DNA of 64,000 bases from Phoronis australis (lineage: Eukaryota; Animalia; Phoronida), in the NCBI GenBank assembly GCA_002633005.1, contig NMRA01000010.1, forward strand, positions 1,398,982 to 1,462,981, given 5' to 3'. The position numbers were made by a program, and so were the translations under genes. Numbering within the stretch: position 1 is the stretch's first letter; each line of letters opens with the position of its first letter. The notes below the pieces were generated by a model that worked only from the letters and a program-made list of their open reading frames with translations, made no database searches and was not told the origin of the DNA. Below are positions 13,701-26,840 of the stretch, piece after piece.

Positions 13701-16700
13701 AAGCAAATTCAGGGAATGTGCTAAGATATAAAAGATATTTCTCCCCTTTGGCAAGCGCTTGGTCTGTTGAGTAATTCATTGACCGTTGCTGCTGCAGCAG
13801 ATACACGTCCACTGATCGAGCTAGGTTGTGGTCTGTTTATGATGTCAAGGGGCGCCAACCTAATACTGTAGGTTGATTGTGTGGAACGCGTTACAGGAAA
13901 CCTGCCGCATTGGTCTTAGGAGGTCTATCCATTTTGTATGCAACGTTTTGAATCATAATAAGAATGTTCAGCCTTGGACCTATGCCAAAGCAACTCATTA
14001 TGGGATTATGTAATGTCACATGAACCTGCTCAGTCGATATTAGTGTACCGAGGTGACGGTAATAGCGGGGTGTTGATAAGAAGCGCTTATGTTTTGAAAA
14101 CTCGGAAAATTCCAGGTTTGTACCTTTAAAATCCAATGCCTGAGCCGAGTAATCAGCTGTATTTGATTCACAAGTGAATTAATTTTGCACACTATTTTAT
14201 TTACCTCAGTAAAAGCACGGAAAAACTATGAAGTCAAATGGCACTCACAATAGTTGAATTCCACAAATCGCTCTTCTTTCAATTGTTAGATTTCCGAGAA
14301 CAACAGAACGACATCACGGCATACATCGACGCGTCAAACATCTACGGTTCATCAGATGAAGAGACACGTGGTTTGCGCACGCTCCATGACGGTTAGTCTT
14401 TCATTATCTTCTGGGATTGTAGAATGTAAACAGTTATTTCAAGTAGATCTCACTAGTCCAGTAGGCTTTAGTTATCTCAAACCGTTCACTAGGTATTTTT
14501 ACGGTTTGCTGTGCAAGCTGATGCGTGCAAAAAGCGATATTTCTCACGGTCGTTTTTATCATTTACCAGCGTTGTAAATTGCAAATCGATTACGAAAATT
14601 CTGCTAAAAGTTGAAAATGTTCTTTTAGGTCTGCTGCAATCTTCGGAGGTCCTTTCGGGACAAGCGTATCTACCAAAGGACACTTCAAACAGCTCGCCGT
14701 GTGTCAAAGACATGCCGTCACACAAATGTTTTAAAGCAGGTAATGTTGCACAGAAGGAGTGTCAATAAAATAACTACACAAATATGCATTTCAACTCGAC
14801 AGAAGTTCAGATATTTTTAAAATACACAAGTAACTGAATTAAAAGGACACCAAACTCGGTTTCAGCCTACTAACAGATACTAAAAACCACTTTCCATCCA
14901 GTTCTCTCTGTAACCCTCGCCAAGCCTCAAAAGCTTGGTGGAAAATTCAAAAACTCCGTGCCAAGTCTACTGAACGGACACGCGTGGCCTACACTTTTAG
15001 CGAGATACTCGTCTACTGTGGGAAAGACCACCCACCAAGAACCACGGTGTCCAGTCTTTGATATAGGGAGTATGATTGATTCCTGCGCTGAACTTAGAAG
15101 ATTGACGCTAATGATGCATTAGCAGGTGACAGAACGAGGATTCGTGGAAAATATCAAAATACGTTGGTTTTATTACGTCCACTCTTTTCCGATGGCTTGC
15201 GTAGTATTCAGCAAAATGTTATTTACAAAATAACATTGATATCACCCCAGTTTGAGCAAGGAACAATTAGATAGCAATTCAATAAGGCTAAGTAGTCTAA
15301 ATCAGAAATAGATTTATGCTGGAAGACAATTTATAGTCGCTTCAAATCCTTTTCCCAAAATGCAATCATATTACGGACCCGCCAAAGCAACACGAAAGAA
15401 AAATCACTCGAGAGAACAAGTTCTTATTGTACAACGCATTTATCTCGTTCCCATAGGCTGCGTGGTTCTTGAGAACGAGATACTACATTGTGGAAAATAG
15501 TTGCTTACCCTCCATCTCCAATGGGTTTCGGAGTCTATTTTAAAGTTTCTGGCCATCTCCACCAAACGTATTCACTGAGCCCGACGGACTCTTTCCAGCT
15601 ATAAGGGACTAAGTTTGCATATTGACGCGTTTTCGAGTCCGGCGCTAATATTCAAGACCGGCCGCTAATAATCGAGCCAACACGGCATCCCAACAAAACA
15701 CACCATGGAATCAATAAAGCCTTTGAGACACAAGTTCCAGGACATTTATTTAACCATGGGAACAACTTAGTAAGAATATTTTTCTTCCGTGCCATTTTCG
15801 GGACTCCGTAACTTTTGGCTTCTTGGCAGCTGTAAACTTATGATTAACTGAATTGCAAGAACCCTACTGACAAATGTAGCCAAGCTGCTGATGTTTCAAA
15901 TAATAGTATTTGTTCTGTTAGCTGTCTTTGCGATATTAATTTTATCATGAAATTTTCAACTAATTATCTGACAAAACACAATAAACCAGGAAGATAATAA
16001 TTCAAAAAATGTTAATTTTGCTCATTTTAAATTGCACAAAGTCTAATAAAGGTTAAACATGTTGAAGATCCAATCTTTAAATCTTGAAACGTTTTTGGTA
16101 CATAAAGGTATACGTGTTTTAATGTTTGGTTGTCAATTTGCATATCATGTGATATGTACATGTATGTCAACCTGCCATTATTCATGTGAGCCTCTTGAGA
16201 AACAATGCATGCATAACAAAACCGGTAAGTTTTACTTTGATCTGATAACCATTTTTGAAACACGATGCAGTTAGCTTCAACTGGCCATTACTACGAGTGA
16301 CTCATGACATCGGGTAAAAAACATTTTGCCATTTAAACATTGATTGCCAGTTTGCACATACACTGTATATCTGCTGCAGGGGACAGTCGTGCAAATGAAT
16401 TAATAGGTCTCGTCTCGATGCATACCTTGTGGCTGCGCGAACATAACAGAATATCAAAACGACTTAAGCAGCTTCACGGCAAGTGGAACGACGAAAAGCT
16501 CTTCCAAGAAACACGGCGAATCGTCGGTGCGTTCATGCAGAAAATAACTTACGCTGATTGGCTCCCGCTGCTTTTGGGTGGAAAACTGATGAGAAAACAT
16601 GACCTTAAAGTGCAAAGGTCTTCGAGATACTTCTACGGATATAAGGGGAGGTAAGAACTTTGGTTTTAACTGAGCAGCTCCTGTGGTTGGCCCCACTAAA

Positions 16701-19257
16701 ACTTCGGAAATCTTACACCCTGGCAAAGATGAGTGGAAAAGTTTATTCTTTAAAATATTTAATCCTGGAAACATTATATTAGGAAGTTGATTTTAAAAAG
16801 CAAAGGTTTAAGATTGAAAAAGTCTTATGCTTACAAAATATCTCCTGAATTAACGGTCTATTGCGTTGTCTGGCTGGTGCGTTGGACGGTATCAGAAAAT
16901 AATCTAAAATTAATATTTCTTTTCCCAACTTTAAACCTTTGTTAATGCCGCCAAACAATGCAGCTGTTTAACGGTTATTTATTGCAGTAACAAGTACGAG
17001 TTTTCTATCAGTTAATGTATTCCAGGCTGTTTTTTCTTATAACGTGTCGAATTGATGAAATTCTATGAATGCGCCTTTAATGGTTGTGTTTTCGATTTTC
17101 TTAAATGAAATGGCGATGTTGTCAGCTTGGTAACACATTTCTAGTTACAACATCGGAAATAGTAAATCTGGTTTAATGTTGTTTTCAAATTTCTACATTT
17201 GGTGACATTCGTCGATTCAGAATTTTGCCATGAATTTACACATCAATGAGTGCATTTTAGGTCTTCGGCAACCTCTGGAAATACAGTATGATTATTTGCT
17301 GAATCACCACATGCTGCAAAAACAGTACAACCCATATTTTTTAAAATAATAATTTTACACGTTGTCTGACGAGTACATGTACTACCTGGAAGCTGTTGAA
17401 TATAGTAACAATGTAAATGTGCTTGACATTTAGGTATGATGCGAGTATTAAAAACGCTTTCGCCGCTGCCGCATTTCGAGTCGGGCATACCTTGGTAAAC
17501 AGCTTTTTCAAAAGGACAAGCAAGTCGTGGAACCCGACAGGTAAATATTCATCGAACGTTCGAGAAGCCATGTCATTTTGACATAGCACTGAAAAGTGGG
17601 GGCTATAGCCCCCAGCCCCCTATAGTGCACTGCCCATATAGTCATATGAAAACCGAGCTCTTATTCGTAATAAGCAATAAAAACACTAAGTCCTAAATAC
17701 GGTTTGGTATTAATAGTATTCTCAGTTTCATGCCTCGCTTCCGCAAGTACATTGGATACAGTGTTTATGCGTCTTCCTTTCTCCTTAGGTTACCCACCTT
17801 TGCGTGTTGGCGACCACTATTTTAATCCTAAAGCATTGTACGATAAAGCACGCGGGGGAGCCAACTCGATTTTGAGGGGCCTTGTAGATAGTCGGAGCCA
17901 GTCTTTCGATCGCCATATCAGCACAGAGGTAACTTGATTCACCAGTGCGAGTTATGATTTACGCACGAGTAATTTCAACCAAAACAGGTGCCATTTTATA
18001 GTTAAAGATATACCAGAAATGTAGAAGAAAAATATACAAAAGCAGTTTTTTCAATTTGTATACAGTTTAGAAATGAAAAAAAATATCAATTATCATTTCT
18101 AATTTCTATTGCAACTTGTCAGGTTACTGAAAGGTTATTTGAGTCAATCGTAGACGGTAAAAAGGAAGCCCTGGACCTAGCTTCTCTCAATATTCAGCGT
18201 GGTCGCGATCACGGTCTTCCCGGCTACATGGAGTTTAGGCGGTTCTGCAGACTGAGGACTTCCAGAAGAATTTCACAGTTACCAGACCACGACTGGGCGA
18301 GCAAGACTGTCTTGAAAAAGGTATACGAGTAAGTATAAACATATAAGACAGGTTACACGACAAATTGCAGCTCTTTACTATTTGCCTTAAATTTCTCATT
18401 TTACTTGCTGAGTGCCCTCCTGAAAAGATGCAAGGATGTTCAGTTAAACCTCCGTCTTCACGTTGTCACAGAATGCTCTCGGTGGTTGGAGACGCGCGAC
18501 CTCTTGCGGCTGTCGCCTATAAACACACCCGAATTATTAGTTACGCTGCGGCTGTTGCCTATAAATTCACCCGAATTATAAGTTACGCTTGCAGATTTAT
18601 CATATTTTGTTAGCAAAGCCCTACAAAGAATTGCTTTGTTTCAAATAATTTGTTGTTAATTCAGCGTTAATGTCCATTACTTAAGCCAAAATCCGGATTT
18701 AGTAACCTGTTAACTCTGTCGTTCAATGATATTCAACTCACTCAAAAACGAGCACATCAGAGCTCTTTAGGAAGAAGTCGGATTATGATCCTCATTTCCC
18801 TGTAGTCATATACGTTATCAGTTTATATTGTGGACCCAGGTAAATTTTACGACGAATATTCCCAACAAATTTCGACACCCCACATATGACTCAAGTCATC
18901 CACCCGTTGATATAATTCGAAGTAATGCTAATTGGGTTCAATGGGTCACTTTTGAAACTGGTTTTAAAATTAACGCATGGCTATTTTAATTGCTTTAAAT
19001 TAGATATCCAGGTCTAAAAGAGCTTGTAGTGAGGTGTATATGGGTTCTAAGAAAAAATAATGATCAAACAATCATCATATTGAAAACGTGTATTATTTTT
19101 GTGTTGTGTTGTGTGTGTGTGTGTGTGTGTGTGNNNNNNNNNNNNNNNNNNNNNNNNNNNNNNNNNNNNNNNNNNNNNNNNNNNNNNNNNNNNNNNNNNN
19201 NNNNNNNNNNNNNNNNNNNNNNNNNNNNNNNNNNNNNNNNNNNNNNNNNNNNNNNNN

Positions 19258-19290
<33 letters not shown>

Positions 19291-19972
19291 TACAAACAGC
19301 TTAGTAAACGTTTGCTTTTTTCAGCCATGTAGAAGATATCGATCTTTTCACTGGAGGGATAACTGAAAAACGAATTCGTGGGGCTTTGGTGGGTCCAACT
19401 TTTGGATGTATTATAGGCAAGCAATTCAGAAACCTAAAGTTTGGAGATCGCTTTTACTTTGAAAACAAGCCACGGGATCTCTATAGCTATGGAAGCGCAG
19501 TAACTGTAAAAGGATTTAATGCCCGTGAGTATTTGTAGCTTTCCTTCATCAGAATGAATTGTATGCAAAATCACCAGTAAACACGATTCATTCAAGACAC
19601 ATATCGGACAGATGAACCTGACTTGATACATTTTGTATTACTTTGTTTGCGTTAAATCCATCTTATAATACATTGTACGTTGGCATCAGACCTGCTTTGA
19701 TGTTGATAGATGTAGTTCGTCATATGCTTCTAAAATGATTGGAGGTTTTGTGGCCTACTTTCTGCTCTTTCCAAATCAGGCACCCTCTAATTAACGTGAT
19801 CGGTGGACTGTTTCAAATGCGCGGGCAAAACTGTCATCGTGTAATGTCTGTTTCTCAATAGGCGAGCTTCGTGAAATCCGTAAGGTTACCTTGGCACGTA
19901 TCCTCTGCAACAATGTCGATGTATCCACGATGCAAAAAGATGCTTTTCGGACGCACACGAGCAAAAGGTATA

Positions 19973-20014
<42 letters not shown>

Positions 20015-20016
20015 GC

Positions 20017-20056
<40 letters not shown>

Positions 20057-21137
20057 ATATAGATGATATGTACTGTACGCACGCCAAGTGTCCCGCTTTT
20101 TGAATCTTTGTGCCTCATCCCGTCACACCATCAATCCCGCATTTGTACACGCTGAGTATTTTCATATCGACAAGTCCCTGTCTTAGCCAAATATTTGTAA
20201 AACTCTAGATTTTGATTCCTTAATTAAAAATATTTTTATGAAAGTACAATGCGTGTAAAATTTTAACCTGATACGAATCTCTCATAGCCATGGTTTGTAG
20301 TTAAAATCTAACAAGAAAAAAGTTATATTCGTAGCAAAACAGCTGTAACAATGACATGACCAAATTTCGTTTTTGAAAGCACATGTAAGATGTGAATCAA
20401 CTATACTGCACCAACAGTCGCCCGTTATGATAAGCTTGTCCCACCAGGCGGCTGGCTTAATGACTGATTGAGCTCAAACGCATGTTATCAGGAACATACC
20501 GCCATGTGTTCGTTTTCTTACCGAGGACCCAATCTGATAATGTGTTAGATATTCAGTGTAACACGATCAAAACAACCGACAGATTTTTTTTCTGACATGA
20601 AATTTTAACGGACTCCCCGCAAATTGGCTTAATTGATCGTCTGCGCCACGGTTACTTATTGTCGGGTGAATTCGTTATTCCACTGTGCAATGAAAATGCG
20701 GATTACAATTTGAGGTTGGTGGACTGCAATACCCCTTGGATGGAGAAATCATAAGTTTGGCGTTGTTTGTTACGACAGGTATTTGTGCGGGGAATGACAC
20801 TTATTCGGACGAAGTAATCTTAGAAGACTACTTGATTCATTAGCGATACATGTAATTAGGGATGATTTAGATTAGGACCGTCCAGTTCCTTTGCCTTGAA
20901 GTACACGGAATGGAAATACAATGTTGCAGATAATGCTTGCCATCGCATACTTGTTTTTTACTTGCAAAGACATCATTGCATTTGCCTTTATTCGATTTCA
21001 GGAACCGTCGAATTCTTTGCTCCAAAATACCAGCACCCGACCTCAGCGTGTTTGATTCGTCCTCTTCCAAGCGCGTTGATTACACGGATTTCTGGGAATG
21101 GTTTAATGGAGGTGATACCTATTCAGACTGGTCGTAA
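1704..21137 (+). CDS. Animal heme peroxidase (peroxidase-cyclooxygenase superfamily, peroxinectin/chorion-peroxidase-like), multi-exon, 5' end unresolved
   Basis: Phase-compatible GT-AG exons: 1704-2013, 5253-5432 (or its duplicate 7732-7911), 9863-9974, 12637-12743, 14290-14391, 14629-14739, 16380-16650, 17434-17540, 17789-17928, 18123-18328, 19325-19524, 19862-19967, 21002-21137 (TAA). Motifs: [11 protein letters not shown], distal [59 protein letters not shown], proximal [46 protein letters not shown]. Confidence 0.95.
3099..3177. mobile_element. Short GC-rich hairpin element (MITE-like); related copies at ~17584-17638, 23103-23173 and 37571-37639
   Basis: Ends atgggtggcg...cgccgcccat are inverted repeats. 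The internal gggggctatagcccc palindrome recurs in the other copies. Confidence 0.55.
4739..6345. repeat. First copy of a near-identical segment repeated at 7200-8837, including a peroxidase exon; probable uncollapsed haplotype overlap
   Basis: The sequence right after the N at 7199 (gaagctatccttccact...) restarts the sequence at 4739. The two exon copies differ at one base (R/K). Confidence 0.85.
5668..7073 (-). mobile_element. Degenerate 5'-truncated non-LTR retrotransposon (L1/Tx1-like ORF2 3' part) in a peroxidase intron
   Basis: The minus-strand ORF has [14 protein letters not shown]...[16 protein letters not shown] (zf-RVT-type C-terminal motif) and [10 protein letters not shown]; frameshifted upstream. 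Confidence 0.85.
7074..7198. repeat. 56-bp tandem repeat (2.2 units, runs into the gap) with an internal hairpin
   Basis: Unit attactctgcgcgtgtaagcgcag(g/a)gt(a/c)ctgttgttcctgggttttcttcaatttt starts at 7074, 7130 and 7186. Confidence 0.85.
7732..7911 (+). CDS. Second copy of the 180-nt peroxidase exon carrying the distal heme motif
   Basis: AG/GT flanked, phase 1-1, encodes VGSPRTLG...[17 protein letters not shown], as does 5253-5432. Confidence 0.85.
8148..9833. mobile_element. Same L1/Tx1-like insertion as 5668-7073 but with its 5' ~1 kb (8834-9833) inverted
   Basis: 8148-8833 is a minus-strand zf-RVT ORF. 8834-9833 reads on the plus strand (YTSD...[13 protein letters not shown]), and its ~9070-9833 part is the reverse complement of 6342-7073. 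Confidence 0.85.
18505..18589. repeat. 42-bp tandem duplication (intronic)
   Basis: tgcggctgtcgcctataaacacacccgaattattagttacgc occurs twice (18505, 18547) with about 4 mismatches. Confidence 0.8.
19110..19289. repeat. (TG)n microsatellite spanning an assembly gap
   Basis: TG runs flank the N stretch at 19134-19257. Confidence 0.9.
19977..20061. repeat. (TA)n / (TATATG)n microsatellite
   Basis: Seen directly just after the donor site at 19968. Confidence 0.9.
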
Positions 21138-22311
21138 CGCAACGCCGAATGTCACTCAAGATCCTAGCTTGGTATCCCATCTATGGGATCGAAATGCAAG
21201 TCTGAAAAGAGTGGTTCAACTCAGACAAATATTCGACATTCTGCTTTTTACTACAATAAGCTGTAAACACCGAAAAACGATTTATTTACTTACTTTAAGT
21301 GGACATTGTTGGTGAACTGTGTACAAAATAAAGGACGGTTGTAGTTAGAATTTCTACACTTGTCTTAGTAAAAATAAAAACCGGAGTTTCAACTTTAAAA
21401 GGCGACGAGGAGCGTCATTCACTTCCCTCGATTGCTATCGCAGACAAACCAGAGCTGACGAATTTGCAACAATCCCGCGTTCTGTCAAAGGTTTACTTTG
21501 ATTTAGCTAACGTACATGTACGTTTCAAAACTGGCCCTTGCGTTTTTTAAGCTGAGGTTGGAAGTAATTTGTTACATAGGATCGACACTTCATTAATGCT
21601 TGAGACCGGTTGACAAAATAGGTTGGTTTTTAAACTGGATTATGGAAAGAGCACTGAGTGGTACAGAAACTCGTCATTTTTGTTCTCCATGCACACAAAA
21701 ACAATGAGTGCACGTTGTTTATAAGTAATCGCACATCGCAAATGGTTTTTCCAACACTTCCGAGATAATCTGATGCTAAAATGAGATCGAGGCCACTTTA
21801 AGTGACGACGACTTTTCCATGTAAGTTATTATGGTATTACCTTAGACTAAGGTAACGCTAAGGTGGCTTCGATTTAGGAGATTAATGTGTATTTTGAGTG
21901 TGAAGCGAACTAGAAGTGACCTTGAGATAAGGCGGCTTCGAGTTAGTAACCCAGTTCATTATGTACATGTATACATGTACACTCAGATCACACACACGCA
22001 AACACAATCAACACACCAAACACACACACGCACACTTTCTAAACACTTTCCACACACCATGGAGTAAGTTGGACGATTCTAAAACCATATTCCCAATTAT
22101 AAAAACAAGCTCGCATAAAGAAATCTATCACAGAAGAGAAAATTGACCATGTAGACGAGATGTAGATTCTCGTGTATGGCGTGCGGATATTTTAGATATC
22201 GCAAGATATCGTGAACCTGTACATAACCAGGTGTTCCCTGCTGAGTATTGCCAACAGGTATAGCAGTTACGTGTAACAGTATTAGTCTGACTTTTTACGG
22301 CAGAGTGAGAA

Positions 22312-24472
22312 ATGACCCTCTTAAAATGTGTTTTCCAATGGAATGCCGTGTTTAGTTTAACCAGTGTCCTGGTCAGTGCAGATCACTGGTCAGCAGTACC
22401 CGTCAACACCATTGGTAACGACCAGCAAATCATAGCGCTGGCCAGTGAGCTTAAACAGGTCCAGCAAAACCTCAAAGTGATTGTGACAGCCAGCATTAAT
22501 GAACTGAAAGCAGACATTGGACAAGCTCAGGGAAAAACTCAACAATGTTCCACGTCTTCAAGCGATAGCTCCTGTCAAAGTACAGCGACAAAATTTCAGA
22601 AGTACGCTAAACAACTCTACAATGGATGTCCAAGTAATTATCAACGTTTCCAGAATAGCTGTTACAAAGTTTTTACGGACATCATCGATTGGTGGTCGGC
22701 GTTTAGAGAATGCGACAGAGAAGGCGCCGACCTTATGTCTATTCAGACGCGTGCGGAAAACAACTTTGTGGAAGGATTGATGTCAAGATACCGCATGAAG
22801 CTCGCGTGGACAGCGGGCAACGATCAAGAACGAGAGAACTCCTTTCAATGGGGAACCATGACCTCAACGGCTATCAACTTTTACAACTGGAAACAAGGTA
22901 AGAAAAAACATCCGCAGTCGGGTTTAGACGTTGAGAACAGATCAAGTCCGTGCACGAGTCCGTGAACTTTGGCCGCATTACTGCTTAGGTTTCATTAATG
23001 GCAAATCTACTCTCTAAAATATATGGTTTAATTTGTTCTTATAGAGCTCAAAACAAGGCACCACAAGCAATAAAGTGTCGAAATCGTGAAATGAAGTAAT
23101 TTCATGGGCGGCGCGTCATGGGGGGTTCGTGGGCTATAGCCCCCCATTTTTTTTCAGTGCTGCGCAGCCCATGATCTATAGGCGGTGCACCACTTTTTCA
23201 ATGCTCTGCCGTCCATAAATTTACCTGTAGTGCAAGAGTCACAGGCATGCACGTTGTTCTATTGCAGTACCACGGTAGGGCCTACAGCTCGTGTATGACT
23301 GTTGTCCTTAAAACTATTAAAACTTCAAATGATTTCCCTGGTATGCTAGTACCACGCTGTGTTAATACGCAGACTGGTGAAGTATATATATGCATGGAAT
23401 CACACCTGGGCCCAGTTGCATAAAAGTTATACGCCGTATAGCAACAATGACGTCGCATTATCACGCGACACGTTGTTATTGTTGAACAATGCACATGACG
23501 TCATGCAACAATCAAACTTATCCAGCGGATATCTTTTAAAGCTTTATGCAACTCAGCCCAGGAGATTTAATACTTTTTGCAGATAATCACAATTCATGTG
23601 TTCTTTCAACACATTTTTACTCAAGTATGCATGTTCTTGTGCACGTAGGCGCATTATCCTAAGCGTCACGTAAAGGTGCAGACCACGTGTTCTTCACGGC
23701 ATCAGAACCGCTTCCCTGTAGCGAAGATTCGCTGATCCTGTGGTGCACTAGTCCGATATTTGTCGTGAGATGCACTTGTCCAAAGGTTTGCCAGTACTCA
23801 AGAACTTAACCGCAAAGCATTACTTCACTACTTCGGGTTTTGATGATCGACTGCCAAACAAATTTTCTTGTTTTGTGAGCCGGAAATCGTCACCGGCAAC
23901 CAATCAAATGTTTGGCGGTTGTTCANGGAGGGGGGGGGGGGGGGGTGAATCAAGTGCAGCCAAGGAATTTAAAGAACGATTTGACATGAATGCTTATCAT
24001 TTGTGAAAAAAAATAAAGTTAATTCAAATAAACTAAGTTTTTTTATATTGAAATTTGGGAAATTCCTTTTCAAATTGCCTCGGCGAATTTCCTATTTCTG
24101 CGTAACCTTTCGTGTTTGAATATTTTAGAAGTTTCGTGAGCCATAATACACGATCAACAATAAATTAATTCTGCTTGTTTTCTTTACGGCGCGTGCCGCA
24201 CTAGTTCATACGCAGAAGTATTTTTGAAAATGTTTAGCGGTTGAAAAAATGGTAATTCTCTCAATGACTTCCTTGATCTAGTCAATTTCTCAACATATCG
24301 TATATCCCATCTCTAGAGGCACGTCTCAATGCTTCAGCGTTGTGCTTTTTCTACAGGGCAACCCAACGATTACGGGAACCAAGATTGCATTGGGATCTCG
24401 GCACCTGGAATGTGGGAAGACTATAAGTGCAGTGATTGGATGGGTTTCATTTGTGAAAAGAACGCAGAATAG
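22312..24472 (+). CDS. Secreted C-type lectin, type A copy 1 (signal peptide + coiled-coil/Cys stalk + CTLD)
   Basis: Exons 22312-22897 and 24357-24472 (phase 1). CPSNYQRFQNSCY, WWSAFREC, WTAGND..RE..FQW; exon 2 reads GQPNDYGNQDCIGISAPGMWEDYKCSDWMGFICEKNAE*. Confidence 0.92.
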
Positions 24473-26499
24473 TTAAAGCAAATGATGCAAGTTTCACTGC
24501 AGGCGCATCAAGTAGTGTTTTTCTTGTCTTTTAATCAATTTAGGAACGGCAATAACCACTGTTGATATTGTAAATAATTCAAATTTTGAACGTAATGTAT
24601 TGCCAATGTTGCCGAGAAATACATATTTTATTTTCACCGTTTTTTTCTTTCTTTCTTTCTTGTGCTTTTTCGAGACCTTTACATGCCATATAAACGTTTT
24701 TCAACATATAAAGTTGTGCAGTCAGTGGAAACCAGGTCACCGATGTCAATTGAACTGAGCATCAACTGAAACCCTATTCAAGTAAGCCGTCTGTACATTT
24801 ATTTGTAGAGTACTCCAACCTGGCATATCTTAGGTTCTCGCGATCGGTGTGTTTTTAGCTTCTATTTTGTCTAATTGTAAATAAAGGGATAGCAAAAACA
24901 ATTTCATATTTAGGAATCGGTCAAACGACGTCTCCTTAGATTTGAAGTTGACTCAAGTTGTAACTCTCTTCAGGCATACCGTCGGTGAGGTTGTGTTTTC
25001 TCGAGCGTTACACGCCCAGGCCTGCAACATTCCACTGAAAAACGCAGCATTTTGGCAATTGCCACTGCAGGCCAAAGTCATGTTGTGCAAACTAAAGTCT
25101 TAATTTAAAGATAAGACTTTCCCACAAGCATGTTAAAGAGCCCTGGAACGCGATAAACATACTAAATTGCACTATTTAAAGTTGCTCCCTTTCACTTTAA
25201 CATAATTCAACCTCCTCACCAGCTATTTTTTAGGAAAGGTAAAGGTTTTTCTGTTGATTTCAAAGCATTTTCTTTAAGTTTCAAAAAACAATCTGTCAGG
25301 TGCTCGTCGATTTTTTACCTCGAGGCAAGACCTGGACGTAGCATATTTCCGGTATATGGAAAATGTGACCTTTGACCTCAAACGACTTGGCTGGCCGTGA
25401 GCATGTGCCCACATTTATCATAAGTGGGATGAAAATAAGAAACTCTGTGGTAATCGCAGAGTCTTCCTTCACGCGTATTTCAAAGTTCGTGAATTTAGTG
25501 ATTTTTTCAAAAAAATTCCTTACAAGTGAAAGTGGACTACTCTGTACTCGGTGTTGCGATAAGGTACTTTCGTCAAAATTGTTTACAAGATATTTTTAAA
25601 CGAGATTACGCGAAATCTCGTATCTTAAAAGATACAGCAGTAGTGCTGTCGAAGACGAGTAATGATGCTGCTAATGGAAGTGATGTTGAAGGTGGTGGTG
25701 GCAGTGAGGCTGTTGGTGGTGGTGGTGAGTGCGGTGGTGCTAGATGGGGGTGTATTGGTGATATTGGGGAGAACGATCATATAGACTGTGATAGCTGTAA
25801 AATGAATAAAATAATCCGAATACAAAGCATCTTTAATTGTCGTTTTTTGTCATCGTACAAGGAAACTTCAAGTGACTTAAAACATGTTGATGAGCACCCA
25901 GGGCCGTGAGAGGATACGATGTGGGGGGTACGTTCTTTCAAACTACCAGGATCAAGGCAAAATCCGCAAAGGAACTAGCCGCGCCAAAAATGGAGATACG
26001 AAATTTGGACCACCAAGTGAAGAGGCAAAAACACAGGGAAAGCAAGCTTGGCCAAGCTGTAAATAGCTGTAGTCCAATAAGTATTGCTATTAATTCAACA
26101 GAGCTACCGTATATTTGTCTACGGTTGTGTAACAAGACAATCAATGTTATACGATGATGAGTTGTTCATCTTTTTGTGTTTAGGCTCGTAAACCAAGGTC
26201 ATTAAATTCCAAGCGTTTTCCTGGATATCCCAAGTACATTAAGTTGTCATATTTCCTTATTATATTTGTTGTCATTGTATGGTACCTAATTTTGTTTTCG
26301 CAATCAAGAACTTATGGCTTCGATGCAGTCTCATCCCATAGACTGGAGATGGTGATAATCGGTTTAGCCATTTTAGGTTTTTTGATGAGAATTGAAATTT
26401 GTCAGAATTCTGAAACTTTAAGGAAGTCGCGGGAATTTCACGAGCAATATAAAGCTATATCATTTTGACATTTTCTGCAGTACAGTACATGTAAACATT

Positions 26500-26840
26500 C
26501 ATTTACAGAGCTCCAATCATTCTTTTAAGCAGTGCTCTTTCAACTGATTTTGCAATAATATCCAAGGCATAAACAACAAAGGAGCTTAAAATTCGCGAGG
26601 CTCTACATCAGTTGATGCAAGCCCAATCTCAATAGGCAACTGACACACCACAGGTTGTCATTGTTGGTCTATTTTATTGTCACTCCCTGTAACTGAATGT
26701 ATCAGATTGTGCTTTATTACTTGTTGCTGGGCTTTGCTAGGTGGCCACTATATTCTCTCTTCTGATGATGGTGTTTGAATAAATGACATCGAAACATGTC
26801 AAGTCGATTTAAAACCGTGGTTGTTTTTATTAATATAGTA
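26500..26840 (+). mobile_element. Penelope-like element 3' relic (GIY-YIG tail + pLTR)
   Basis: Degenerate KELKIREAL...PNLNRQL motif, followed by a CTGATGA...GAAAC hammerhead-like core. Confidence 0.65.
26759..26803 (+). ncRNA. Minimal type-I hammerhead ribozyme-like motif
   Basis: ctt CTGATGA t ggtgtt-loop-gacatc GAAA catg TC aag: intact core boxes, 6-bp stem II (two G-U pairs), palindromic stem-III stub and 3-bp stem I. Confidence 0.6.

Noticed and set aside
19029-20118. ORFs with CV/HT/YI repeats
   Set aside because: Translations of microsatellites and an N gap.
25366-25378. TGACCTTTGACCT nuclear-receptor DR1-like motif
   Set aside because: This word is a common component of dispersed repeats in marine invertebrates and is not near a gene start.
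25526-25909. Gly-rich 127-aa ORF
   Set aside because: Driven by a degenerate (GGT)n microsatellite; no domain or splice support.
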